Part shown: piece by piece, positions 1 through 8,962 of the stretch
How the letters are laid out: the number at the start of each line of letters is the position of its first letter
How positions within the stretch are numbered: the stretch's first letter is position 1
From: an uncultured Acidobacteriota bacterium
GTDB taxonomy: Bacteria > Acidobacteriota > UBA6911
NCBI GenBank assembly: GCA_963827655.1
Contig: CAWHCF010000022.1
Location: 320,001 to 384,000, forward strand
Direction: 5' to 3'
Length of the DNA stretch: 64,000 nt
Position numbers and translations under genes: made by a program
The notes under the pieces: model-generated
What the model saw: only the letters and a program-made list of their open reading frames with translations
Told to the model about the DNA's origin: nothing
Databases searched by the model: none

Positions 1-228
1 TACAACGGGCCCCCTCTCACAGTTGGCGGTGAGTTGAACAAGCTCGCGGCCAACGTTGCGCTCGGTCGCGACATTGCCGGCGTCCACTGGCGCTCGGACG
101 CGACCGAGTCCCTGAAACTGGGCGAGGGCGTTGCGATCAGCTACCTGAGAGAGGAACGAGGCTGTTTCAACGAGCGATTCGAGGGGCTTTCTCTCACCAC
201 GTTTGACGGCAGGACCGTCGTCATTTGA
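1..228 (+). CDS. Vanadium-dependent haloperoxidase (PAP2 superfamily), C-terminal part, truncated by window edge
   Basis: Frame open from base 1: GELNKLAANVALGRDIAGVHWRSD resembles the vanadate-binding R-x3-GVH-x2-D motif of vanadium bromoperoxidases. Confidence 0.8.
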   Translation, partial: YNGPPLTVGGELNKLAANVALGRDIAGVHWRSDATESLKLGEGVAISYLREERGCFNERFEGLSLTTFDGRTVVI

Positions 229-480
229 TTGACGATTTACGATTGACGATTGACGATTGAATCGATTCGGCGAGTTTCGCGTAGAAGGCTCCTTCCCTCC
301 TCGAGCTGTCATTCAACGAGCGATTACGAGGCGGCTTTCGATTCGACTACAGTTTGACGGCAGGACCGTCGTCATCTGATTTACGATTGACGATTTACGA
401 TTGACGATTTGTTCACGATCGACGATTGTCCCTTCATGGATGTTTAACAATCGTCAATCGTCAATCGTAAATCGTCAATT
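227..480. repeat. Heptamer (TTGACGA/TTTACGA) tandem-repeat arms in inverted arrangement between convergent genes
   Basis: Forward arms at about 227-268 and 378-428; reverse-complement arm (TCGTCAA)n at 448-480. Confidence 0.9.
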
Positions 481-481
481 C

Positions 482-2047
482 CTACTGCTGGGCCACGAGT
501 TTCGCGTAGAAGGCCCTTCCCTCCTCGAAGCGTCCCAGAGCCAGGGCCTTGTCGGCTTCGCTCGCGAAGCGGTAGTTCTTCCGGATAAACCGGATCGACT
601 GCTCGATGTCATCGACAAACGAGCCGGCTGCTTCCGCGCGCCTTGCCAGAGTCCCCTTGAGCGTGTAATAAACCGGGCTGGAGTGAGCAAAAACCGTGTA
701 TCCGGCGTGAGTCCTGGCCTCGCTGCGAATGCGCGCGGCTAGCCAGCCGCCGCGCTCGACCGGGATTTCTTCTTGCAGCCGCGCTTCCCGCTGGTTGTGC
801 GCCAGAGCTTCGGCCACCACGATGCCATCGCGGACGATTTCGAGCCGGTCGAAAGGAAGGCGCGACAGGGCGCGCGCAACGACAGTCAGGCGCTCCGGCC
901 CCTCGAGCACCGACCCCGGCCCCTTCCCGTTCACCGTCAGGGAAAGCAGCGGACCGTTGGAAACGAACGTGCGGCCTGCCCGCAGGCCCGCAATCCAGGA
1001 GTCATAGTTAAACGAGCCTTCCACCTGGACGAAGACCCGGTTGTGATCGTAGATCCACCAGTCGGTGCCGGACGACGCCGGAAGTCGAAACCCGCAATTG
1101 AGAAGCTGGTAGTAGCGCGCGTAGTCGGCCTCGTTGCCGTCCGCGAGATTGAAGGCATCGACATGACCCAGCGCAACCGCCGTGGGCATTTCCATGCCGC
1201 CGCCGTTGTGACACCAGACCGTGGTGCCGCCAATCCGCCGGGCCTCGGCGCAAAGCATCGAAAGAGTCGGGAAATCGGGCGCCTTGCCGTCGCGCGAAAG
1301 CACACCGGTCGAAACCGGCTCCACCAGTCGAGGAATGTTCAAGAAGAGGCAGTGGCCGTAGCCCGTCCCCCAGGGCGTGCTGTTGTTGCGCGCCTCTTCT
1401 CCCATATCGATGAGGGTTCCGTGTTGTGAAAACTGAGGCAGGCGCCCAATCGGGTAGCGGTTGGTAATGTAGGGCGACTCGTTGCGAATCAGGTAGCTGA
1501 TCACGCTCACATCGAGCGCCTCGGCCGGGGGAACCAGCCGCAGCCTTTCGTCGGGATCTTCATCAAGCTCGAGATGGTAATGGGTATGGGTGTTGCCCGA
1601 ATACCAGCCGGAAGCCCCCAGATCCCAGAGCGCCGGAATCGTGAAGTCGGCCACACGAGTCAGTCCCGCGCCGACCTCGACCGCACTCAATACCGCCTCG
1701 TGGCAGATGCCGCGAACCACTTCGATGTCGTAGCGCCCAGGGGGGACCGCTATTTCGTAAGAACCGCGCGCGTAAAAGTAGTGCTTGACCGAGCCTCGCG
1801 TACGCTGCGGCATGGTCTTGATTGCCGGAGCCGGCATGAACGCTTCGCCCGAGTTGCTGACGCGCATCTTGGCCGCGACCGGCTTCCCCGACGCGCCGTC
1901 GCGCAGCACGCCACGGATGGTTCCTCGCGGACGGTCGTCCAGAAGCGCTCCGTTTAGAACGCCCAGCGGCAAGAGAAGACTTCCCGAGCCGAGGATCGAA
2001 ATCGACTGGAGAATTTCACGGCGCGAGCGATGCGGTATTTCTCCCAT
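482..2047 (-). CDS. CehA/McbA-like PHP-fold metallohydrolase with N-terminal carboxypeptidase-regulatory-like domain, probable Tat export
   Basis: GWYSGNTHTH, WCH, ASSGTD and GRTFVSNGP motifs; RSRREILQ twin-Arg; ATG 2047 with AAGGGAG RBS. Confidence 0.75.
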   Translation of the reverse strand: MGEIPHRSRREILQSISILGSGSLLLPLGVLNGALLDDRPRGTIRGVLRDGASGKPVAAKMRVSNSGEAFMPAPAIKTMPQRTRGSVKHYFYARGSYEIAVPPGRYDIEVVRGICHEAVLSAVEVGAGLTRVADFTIPALWDLGASGWYSGNTHTHYHLELDEDPDERLRLVPPAEALDVSVISYLIRNESPYITNRYPIGRLPQFSQHGTLIDMGEEARNNSTPWGTGYGHCLFLNIPRLVEPVSTGVLSRDGKAPDFPTLSMLCAEARRIGGTTVWCHNGGGMEMPTAVALGHVDAFNLADGNEADYARYYQLLNCGFRLPASSGTDWWIYDHNRVFVQVEGSFNYDSWIAGLRAGRTFVSNGPLLSLTVNGKGPGSVLEGPERLTVVARALSRLPFDRLEIVRDGIVVAEALAHNQREARLQEEIPVERGGWLAARIRSEARTHAGYTVFAHSSPVYYTLKGTLARRAEAAGSFVDDIEQSIRFIRKNYRFASEADKALALGRFEEGRAFYAKLVAQQ

Positions 2048-2059
2048 AAACACTCCCTT

Positions 2060-2083
2060 ACCGCGAAGACGCCAAGGCGCCAA
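2060..2083 (+). repeat. 9-bp-period repeat arm (ACCGCGAAGACGCCAAGGCGCCAA)
   Basis: Same family as arms at 19250 and 20504. Confidence 0.7.
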
Positions 2084-2095
2084 CGAGACGCCGCC

Positions 2096-5000
2096 TTAGA
2101 ATTCCATCTTCAAACCGAATTGCAGGATTCTCGCCGGAAGGGTGTCATCGATGACGCCGAAAAGCGGCGATCCCAGGGCCCTGCCGGGCTCCTGAAAATT
2201 GGCGTGGTTTAGTATGTTGAACGCTTCGAAGCGAAACTGGATATTGAAGTGTTCCTTCCAGCGATGGTTCTTGAGCAGCGAAACATCCAGGCCGGCAATG
2301 CCGGGCCCGGTCAGCAGGGCGCGGCCGGAATTACCGAAGGTGAATTGTGCCGGCGCCGCGACCGCTGAGGTGTCGAACCAACGGTCCAAGCTTCTCTCAG
2401 GATCCGGGAGTTCCGGGTTGCGGAGCAGGTTTACCCACTGCGAGCCGGGTGCGAAGGCGTTGGTGGAACTCGCCTGCGTTACCAGTCCATAGGGGCTGCC
2501 GGCCTGCAGGAGCAGGATGGTTCCGAGATTCCAGCCACCCAGGACCATCGATTGCGCACCCTGGCTCAGCCAGCGTCTTCCCTTTCCTATCGGCAGTTCA
2601 TAGACCGAGCTCCATACCAGGCGATTGCGCACGTCGTTGCCCGACAGAGATTTTTCCGCGCGGCGATTGTAAAGGTTCTGAATGCCGCCTGACACGACGC
2701 CGACCTCAAAGCCGGCCGCTACATCGTCGATGAACTTCGAGAAGGTGTAGTTAGCCAGAAAGTTCAGCCCATGAGAGAAGCGTTTTTCCACTTTGACGTT
2801 CAGAGCATGATAGCTGGAGTTTCCCCACATCGGCGTGAGCAAGGTTAGGTTTCCAAATTGGGGAAAAGGTCTGCGCACCTGGGCATTGCCCGCCCCCATG
2901 AGCGCCTCGGGAACCTGGTTGATATTCGTGTTGGGCCCGGGCAGCTTATGGCCGACGTTGCCCAGGTAACCCACTTCGAGCAACGTCTGCCATCCGAGGT
3001 CTTGCTGGATGGCAAGATTCCACTGCTGCGAATATCCCAGGGGGCGGGAAGTCTCAATGAACTGAGGAGCAAAACGAACCGGCTGACCCACGGGTACGGC
3101 GCCAAACTCGGGGCCGATTTGGGCGCGGCTCGTGCTGGGAAAGCCATCTCGCAACAAGAACGGGGGCGTGATTCCATTGTCCGGCGTGGAAAAATTGCCG
3201 CTGGTTTCAAATCCGGCGCTGGCGGTATTCGAACCGGGAATCGGGGGACCAAAGAAGACCCCATATCCGGAACGGATGATCGTCCGCGTTCCGAAGAGCT
3301 GCCAGGCAAATCCGATGCGAGGCGCAAAGTTGTTATAGTCCCCGTCGTAGACGTTTCGACCCATGCCGTCCCGGCCGGCGAAGGTGACCACGCCCGGGGT
3401 ATTCGACACCGGGTTGATCGCAACAGGGTCGAACCCATTCTGGCGATCGTTGATATCGAAGCGCGGCGTGTGCGTTTCCCAGCGCACGCCAAGGTTCAGG
3501 GTGAATCTGGAACTCACTTTCCAATCGTCGTGCACGAACAGGGCAAAATATTTGGCGCGCCGATCGAGCAGGTCGGTGTCGAGAATGGAGGCAGAGTTCG
3601 GAAATCCCAGAAGCAGGCTGGCGATTGCGTTCCCGGTATTGGTCACTCCTGGTTGTGAACTCGGCTGGTCACCGAAGTTGAGGGCGCCGGAAATCTGGCT
3701 ATTGAGGTCGTCAACATTGCGGGCCAATCGAACTTCACCGCCGAATTTCACGGAATGGGCGCCGCGAAACCAGGAGGCGTTCTCCACGATGTGGGTATCG
3801 TGTATGGGAATCTGGATCCGTTCCTGGGTGGCTGCTCCCATGGCACTGTACCCCGCCGGCGTGACACGCGGGAAAGCGCGATCGGAGACCCCCTTCAAGC
3901 CCAGTTTTGTCGGCCAGCCCTCGTCCAGGCCGAGCGCAAGGTTTTTGAACCGGCGCGGTTGCCAGTTGAAGCGGAAGTCATTGAGGAACGTAGCCGAAAA
4001 AGTATGAATCTCGTTGATCAACAGGCTGTAGGCGCGCCGATCGCTTTCATTGGCATTCGGGTCGGCCGCCGGCTCGTCAAAGGCCGGAGTAATATTGGTA
4101 GGAAAATCGTGCAGGATAAACCGGCCGGAGATTCGATCCTGGTTGCTGAGCTGATGATCAACCTTGGTGGTCCAGGTCGTGATATTCAGGGCATTGACCG
4201 CGTTCCGGCTGAAATTGTTGGCGCCTGCGCGATTGGTCGGCGGGCGGGTTGGAAGCGGGTATAACGCCACGATGTTTGCGCCCACGGGGTCGATGCGGCT
4301 GCTGGGAATCCGGTTCCCTTCAAACTGATCGCGAATCCTTTGATTAGGATTGGCTGGATTGGGGCGCGTCGTGTCGGGATTGTAAATGGGAATCAATGCC
4401 CCTGCGGCGGTGAACGTCTGCGAGAAATCACCGGCTCGTTGAAGTTCGGTGGGGACCGTCAGGAGGCGGTTGACTCCGATTCGCTGGCGCTGCCACTCCG
4501 TGGAGGTAAAAAAGAAAGTGCGGTTCTTGATGACCGGGCCGCCCACGGCAAAACCGAAGATGTTCCAGCGCAGCGGCTCTTTCTCGTCGGAGAAAAACCT
4601 GCGCGCGTCCAGCACGTCGTTGCGGAAGAATTCGTACAGATTCCCGTGCAAGCGCATTCGTGCCCGATTTGGTTGATATGGAAACGACTCCGCCGCCGCT
4701 GTTGCCGAACTCAGCCGAGTAGTTGTTCTGCTGAACCCGAATTTCCTGCACGGCGTCGACCGGCGGATTGAAGAGCGCTTGAGGGATTTCCAGAGCGATA
4801 TTCGAAGAGTTGACGCCGTCGATCATCCACTGTTGATGGTCCGCGCGCCCGCCGGCGATCGTCACTCGCGGGCGGATCACATCGCCGCTGACGAAAACGG
4901 CATTGCCCATCAGTCCGAGAAGCTCTCCCACACGGCGTCCGTTCAGCGGCATGTCGACGATGGTCTTGTTTTCGATAAACTGGCTGACGGTCGAGCTTTC

Positions 5001-5378
5001 GGATTCGAGCAAGGGGGCGGCGCCGCTCACTTCGACCGTCTGGGCCACCTGGCCGAGCTCGAGCGAGAGATCGAGTCGCGTTACGCGCCCGAGCTCGAGA
5101 ACGAGACCCGAACGCGAGTACATGCGGAATCCCGTGGCGGTCGCGGCCAGGCGGTAGCGTCCGGGCGGAAGCAAGGAGAACGTATACTCGCCTTGCGCGT
5201 TCGTCACCACCGCCGCGCTGACGCCGGTGTCTTCGTTGGTGAGTTCCACGTTGATTCCAGGCAGCCGGGCCTGACTCGGATCGGTGACGATCCCTGTCAG
5301 CGTAGCGCTGGAAACCTGGGCCCAGGCAACTGTTTCGAATACAAGAAAGGCGAGAGCAACCAGCGGCAGGCGACCCAT
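2096..5378 (-). CDS. TonB-dependent receptor (Oar-like, carboxypeptidase regulatory N-domain); one frameshift near 4650
   Basis: Signal peptide; PLNGR and STKSGTN continue into LHGNLYEFFRND in another frame; C-terminal ILQFGLKMEF. Confidence 0.85.
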
Positions 5379-5447
5379 GAGACCCTCCCTCGTTTGCCCC
5401 GATCTTATACCAGCAGTCCGCGCTGTTGGGTAGGGAGAATCCTGCTT

Positions 5448-5475
5448 AACCACGAAGGCTCGAAGACGCGAAGAA
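5448..5475 (+). repeat. 9-bp-period repeat arm (AACCACGAAGGCTCGAAGACGCGAAGAA)
   Basis: Tandem nCGAAGnC units; opposite-orientation arm at 6718-6743. Confidence 0.7.
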
Positions 5476-5531
5476 TCTCTTGTCTTAAGAATTCGGCAGG
5501 ATGGAGACGTAAAGATCAACCCCTGTCCGGA

Positions 5532-5774
5532 CTACCGAGCGGCGAACTCATCGCGGGCGTACGACTCGAGGTACCCGCAGGAGTCGCAGCGGAAGGTGCC
5601 GATGGGGATGATCAACTTCTCGGACACCTTGGTGCCGGTCCAGAACGACTTCTCGGGCGCGCCGGCCCCCCAGTGGCTGACCCCCCGCGACCCGTACCCG
5701 TAGTTGTTGTCGAGGACGAAACCCTGCTTCATCAAACCCCCGCACTTCGCGCACCGCTGAGATGAATCCGCCAT
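5532..5774 (-). CDS. Small zinc-ribbon protein (DUF6487/PF20097-like)
   Basis: CAKCGGLMKQGF...FRCDSCGYLESYA; AAGGAG RBS. Confidence 0.7.
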   Translation of the reverse strand: MADSSQRCAKCGGLMKQGFVLDNNYGYGSRGVSHWGAGAPEKSFWTGTKVSEKLIIPIGTFRCDSCGYLESYARDEFAAR

Positions 5775-6034
5775 CGCCTTCGCTCCTTCCGTTAGCCAGC
5801 CGACCCCTATCTTACCTCGATCGATGCCAGCAACGGTTGGGTTCGGTCACTTCCGCCTTGAGGAGCGAATTAGCGTCTGTTCGGAAACCGACCTGGTCGT
5901 TGAGAGATCGTTTTCACGTGCTGCGGACGTAATCCGGCGGGGCATTTGAAGGAAGGTCGAGAGCGGCATCCCGACTCTGATGTGACGACGGGTCATCAGA
6001 GACTGTTGCAAAAAGTCTCCCGATTACACTGTGC

Positions 6035-6058
6035 CGGACGGGCTTCATAGCCCGTCCG
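6035..6058. repeat. REP-like palindrome CGGACGGGCT-TCAT-AGCCCGTCCG
   Basis: Perfect 10-bp stem downstream of the BON gene. Confidence 0.55.
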
Positions 6059-6114
6059 CACATAAACACCCTGGGCCTTCCGGCCTGATGTTCGCGGGCG
6101 GGTCGGCGATTCTA

Positions 6115-6513
6115 CTACTCCTTGATCGTCAGCCGCGGCGTGACGCTCTTCACACCCTCGACGCTCTTGGCAAGCGCAACCGCCTTATCCGCTTCGGCCT
6201 TCGTGTTTACGGTTCCCGTCAACGTGACGTTGCCATCTTTGGTATCGACATTGATGTCGAATGCGTCAACCGTCTTGTCGGCGGCGAACTTCATCTTGAC
6301 CGCGGATGTCGTCGTGGCGTCATCGGTCTTGTCCGCCACTTTCTTGCCGACCTCGGCGGTCTTCTGGCCGACGTCCTCGGCCTTGTCACCCACTTCCTTT
6401 CCCGCGGCAACCGTAGCATCCTTGGTGGTGGATCCGGTATTTCTCGCCGTCGCGCAGGCAGCCGACAGGGCAACAACAAACGACAGACTCAGTACAGCCA
6501 GGTAGTTCTTCAT
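6115..6513 (-). CDS. BON-domain (OsmY-like) lipoprotein
   Basis: Lipobox LSAAC; DDATTTSAVK...INVDTKDGNVTLTG...VEGVKSV BON signature. Confidence 0.85.
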   Translation of the reverse strand: MKNYLAVLSLSFVVALSAACATARNTGSTTKDATVAAGKEVGDKAEDVGQKTAEVGKKVADKTDDATTTSAVKMKFAADKTVDAFDINVDTKDGNVTLTGTVNTKAEADKAVALAKSVEGVKSVTPRLTIKE

Positions 6514-6717
6514 AGTTTTTTCCCTCATGTTTAAAAGTGCACCACATCTTCAAACCCCTGAAGGAAGGCAAACGCGATGCCAGTACCGGGGATCACTCTC
6601 AACTTATACTGTGGCCGGAACTAAGCCTTCCTTGATGTGATGCGAATACGCGGGGCCTGATCGCGTCATTCCGCGAAAATATTCCCTTGCGGGTGTTTGC
6701 GTTTTGCACCCAGGCCG

Positions 6718-6743
6718 TTTTGCGTCTTCGCGTCTTTGTGGTG
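6718..6743 (-). repeat. 9-bp-period repeat arm (TTTTGCGTCTTCGCGTCTTTGTGGT)
   Basis: Reverse complement of the ACCACnAAGACnCnAAG family. Confidence 0.7.
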
Positions 6744-6772
6744 GGTTTGTCACCCAGGGCCGCTCTGATAGA

Positions 6773-8938
6773 ATGACGCTCATGCAATCTGAGGCCAATC
6801 TCGTTGAACTGGAATCAGTCCTGAGAGAGAAATTCGGTTATGGCAGTTTCCGCCCTGGGCAGCGCGAATTGATCGAAGCTGTGCTGGCCGGGCGCGACGC
6901 TCTCGGAGTGCTTCCAACTGGAGGCGGCAAGTCGCTCACCTATCAACTCCCTGCGACGCTGCTGAAGGATGTCACTATAGTGGTCTCACCCCTTATCGCC
7001 CTCATGACCGATCAGGTGGAGGCCTTCAACCGGAGAGGCGGACCGCTAGCGGTGGCGTTGCATTCGAACCTACCTCCTGGTGAAGCTGCCAGAGTCCTGG
7101 CCCAGGTTCGCGGGGGCAGAGCCAGTCTCCTTTATGTCGCGCCCGAACGGTTAGAGCTGCCGGGATTTCGCGAGCTGATGGTGGCCCTGAAACCCAAGCT
7201 TTTTGTGATTGACGAAGCTCACTGCGTGAGCCAATGGGGCTACGATTTCCGCCCATCGTACCTCGCGTTGCAACAGATTGTGTCCGCGCTTCGGCCCGGT
7301 CCGGTCCTGGCGCTCACCGCCACAGCGACGCCGGCGACGCAAGGCGATATCGTAAGAGGCTTGAACCTTGACCACCCATTGCTGTTCGTCGCGCCTTTCG
7401 ATCGACCGAATCTGAGCTTTGAAGTTCACCCGTGCAAGGCCGGCGACAAACCGCGCCGCTTGCTCCAGCTCGTGAGAGAGCAGGCCGGGAAAGGCTCGCA
7501 AATCGTATACGTCGGGCGGCGGAAAGATGCCGACGAGATCGCGGCCACGCTCTCCAGCTATGGGCTGGGTGCAGTTCCCTACCATGCCGGCATGGCCGCT
7601 CGCCAACGCCAGGCTGCTCAAGAAGCGTGGCTCTCGGGAAAGAAACCGATAGCCGTGGCCACAGTCGCCTTTGGGATGGGAATCGACAAGCCGGACGTGC
7701 GGTCAGTGATCCATTACCAGCATCCGGCGTCGCTCGAAGCCTATTATCAGGAAGCGGGGCGCGCCGGACGCGACGGCGCTCCGGCGCGGTGCATCACGCT
7801 CTTCAGTACCAAGGACGTATCCCTGGCGCACTATTTCATCCGCAATCGCTACCCGAGCCGCGACCAGGTCGTTCACGTGCTGCAAACCATCCCGCCCGAT
7901 GGAACCTCCCCCGATACGCTGAAGTATGGCGCCGGCGACCTGAGTGACGAGCAAGTCAAAGTTGCGCTTCTCGCACTCCTCGAGCAAGGGCGCATCCGGC
8001 GTGACGAGCACGGGAATTTCAGGCGTGAGAAGCTCACTCGCGCCAGCCTCAACTTTTCTCTTAACGCGATGTTCGCCCGCAAGAATGCCGACTACCGCCG
8101 TCTTGACGCCGTGGTCGCGTACTGCACCGATACCAGCTGTCACCGGGCGTACATCCTGCGCTATTTCGGTGAACGCCTGGCGGAAGCCTATCGTTGCGGA
8201 AACTGTTCGGCCTGTTCCGGCGGCTCCTCCAGGACAGGCTGGGCGGCTTCGCAGGAAGAAGCGGGAAGCATTTACCAGGCGCATCGTGATGCGCTGGAAA
8301 GCGGAGCCGCCATCAGCTCCGAGATGTTCGCCCGATTTCTCCGCGGCCGCGCCTCCAGGAAAATACCGTCATCCTGGCGTCGACTCGCCGGGTTCGGCGC
8401 TTTTTCGAATACGCCGATGAGCGACCTGCGCGCTCTGGCGGTCCGGGTTCTGGAAACTCAAGCGGCGCGACCCCCGGCAAAGAGGGCCGCCGCGCAAGTT
8501 GTCTCGGGCGGGAGTATCACACAAGACGCAGGCATCCGGACACGCGGCCCGAGCGAAGATCCTGAATCATCCGGCAACGAGAAAGCCCCCTTCTGGCGAT
8601 CGAATGAGCGCGCGTTCTCGAGCAGACGAGTTAAAAATCGGAAGGTGCCCCGCACCGTTGGTCTATGCGTGCTCGGGCTCGTGGCCGAGGTGGAGGGGAG
8701 GCTCTCGCCTTCAGGAGTCGCAAACCTGCTGCGAGGCTCGCGCACTTGCAGCGCGGTCAAGACCGAGCCGGAACTCGGGAATTTGAAGCACTTCGGCGTA
8801 CACCGAGAATCGAGCTACGCGGAGCTCTTGCCCGACGTTCTGGCAATGTATGCCAAAGGGTATCTCGGCAAATCCGGCGAGAGGAGCAAGAGGCTTGTGC
8901 TCACGCCCAAGGGACGAGCTGTGCTGGATCGATACTGA
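6773..8938 (+). CDS. recQ: RecQ-family ATP-dependent DNA helicase
   Basis: LPTGGGKS, DEAHC, TATAT, AFGMGIDK, QEAGRAGRDG and Zn-binding C...CGNCSAC. Confidence 0.9.
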   Translation: MTLMQSEANLVELESVLREKFGYGSFRPGQRELIEAVLAGRDALGVLPTGGGKSLTYQLPATLLKDVTIVVSPLIALMTDQVEAFNRRGGPLAVALHSNLPPGEAARVLAQVRGGRASLLYVAPERLELPGFRELMVALKPKLFVIDEAHCVSQWGYDFRPSYLALQQIVSALRPGPVLALTATATPATQGDIVRGLNLDHPLLFVAPFDRPNLSFEVHPCKAGDKPRRLLQLVREQAGKGSQIVYVGRRKDADEIAATLSSYGLGAVPYHAGMAARQRQAAQEAWLSGKKPIAVATVAFGMGIDKPDVRSVIHYQHPASLEAYYQEAGRAGRDGAPARCITLFSTKDVSLAHYFIRNRYPSRDQVVHVLQTIPPDGTSPDTLKYGAGDLSDEQVKVALLALLEQGRIRRDEHGNFRREKLTRASLNFSLNAMFARKNADYRRLDAVVAYCTDTSCHRAYILRYFGERLAEAYRCGNCSACSGGSSRTGWAASQEEAGSIYQAHRDALESGAAISSEMFARFLRGRASRKIPSSWRRLAGFGAFSNTPMSDLRALAVRVLETQAARPPAKRAAAQVVSGGSITQDAGIRTRGPSEDPESSGNEKAPFWRSNERAFSSRRVKNRKVPRTVGLCVLGLVAEVEGRLSPSGVANLLRGSRTCSAVKTEPELGNLKHFGVHRESSYAELLPDVLAMYAKGYLGKSGERSKRLVLTPKGRAVLDRY

Positions 8939-8962
8939 CCAATCGCACTGCGAATTTCGCGA

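Noticed and set aside
401-742. ORFs containing NRQSSIVNR (also 16159, 58252, 59847)
   Set aside because: Translations of repeat arms or antisense shadows of real genes
4779-5765. Long antisense ORFs (also 11000-11983, 14417-15256, 58430-59473)
   Set aside because: Shadow ORFs typical of GC-rich coding DNA; no motifs
5998-6020. AGACTGTTGCAAAAAGTC resembling an IS5/IS1182-type end
   Set aside because: No partner inverted repeat or transposase found
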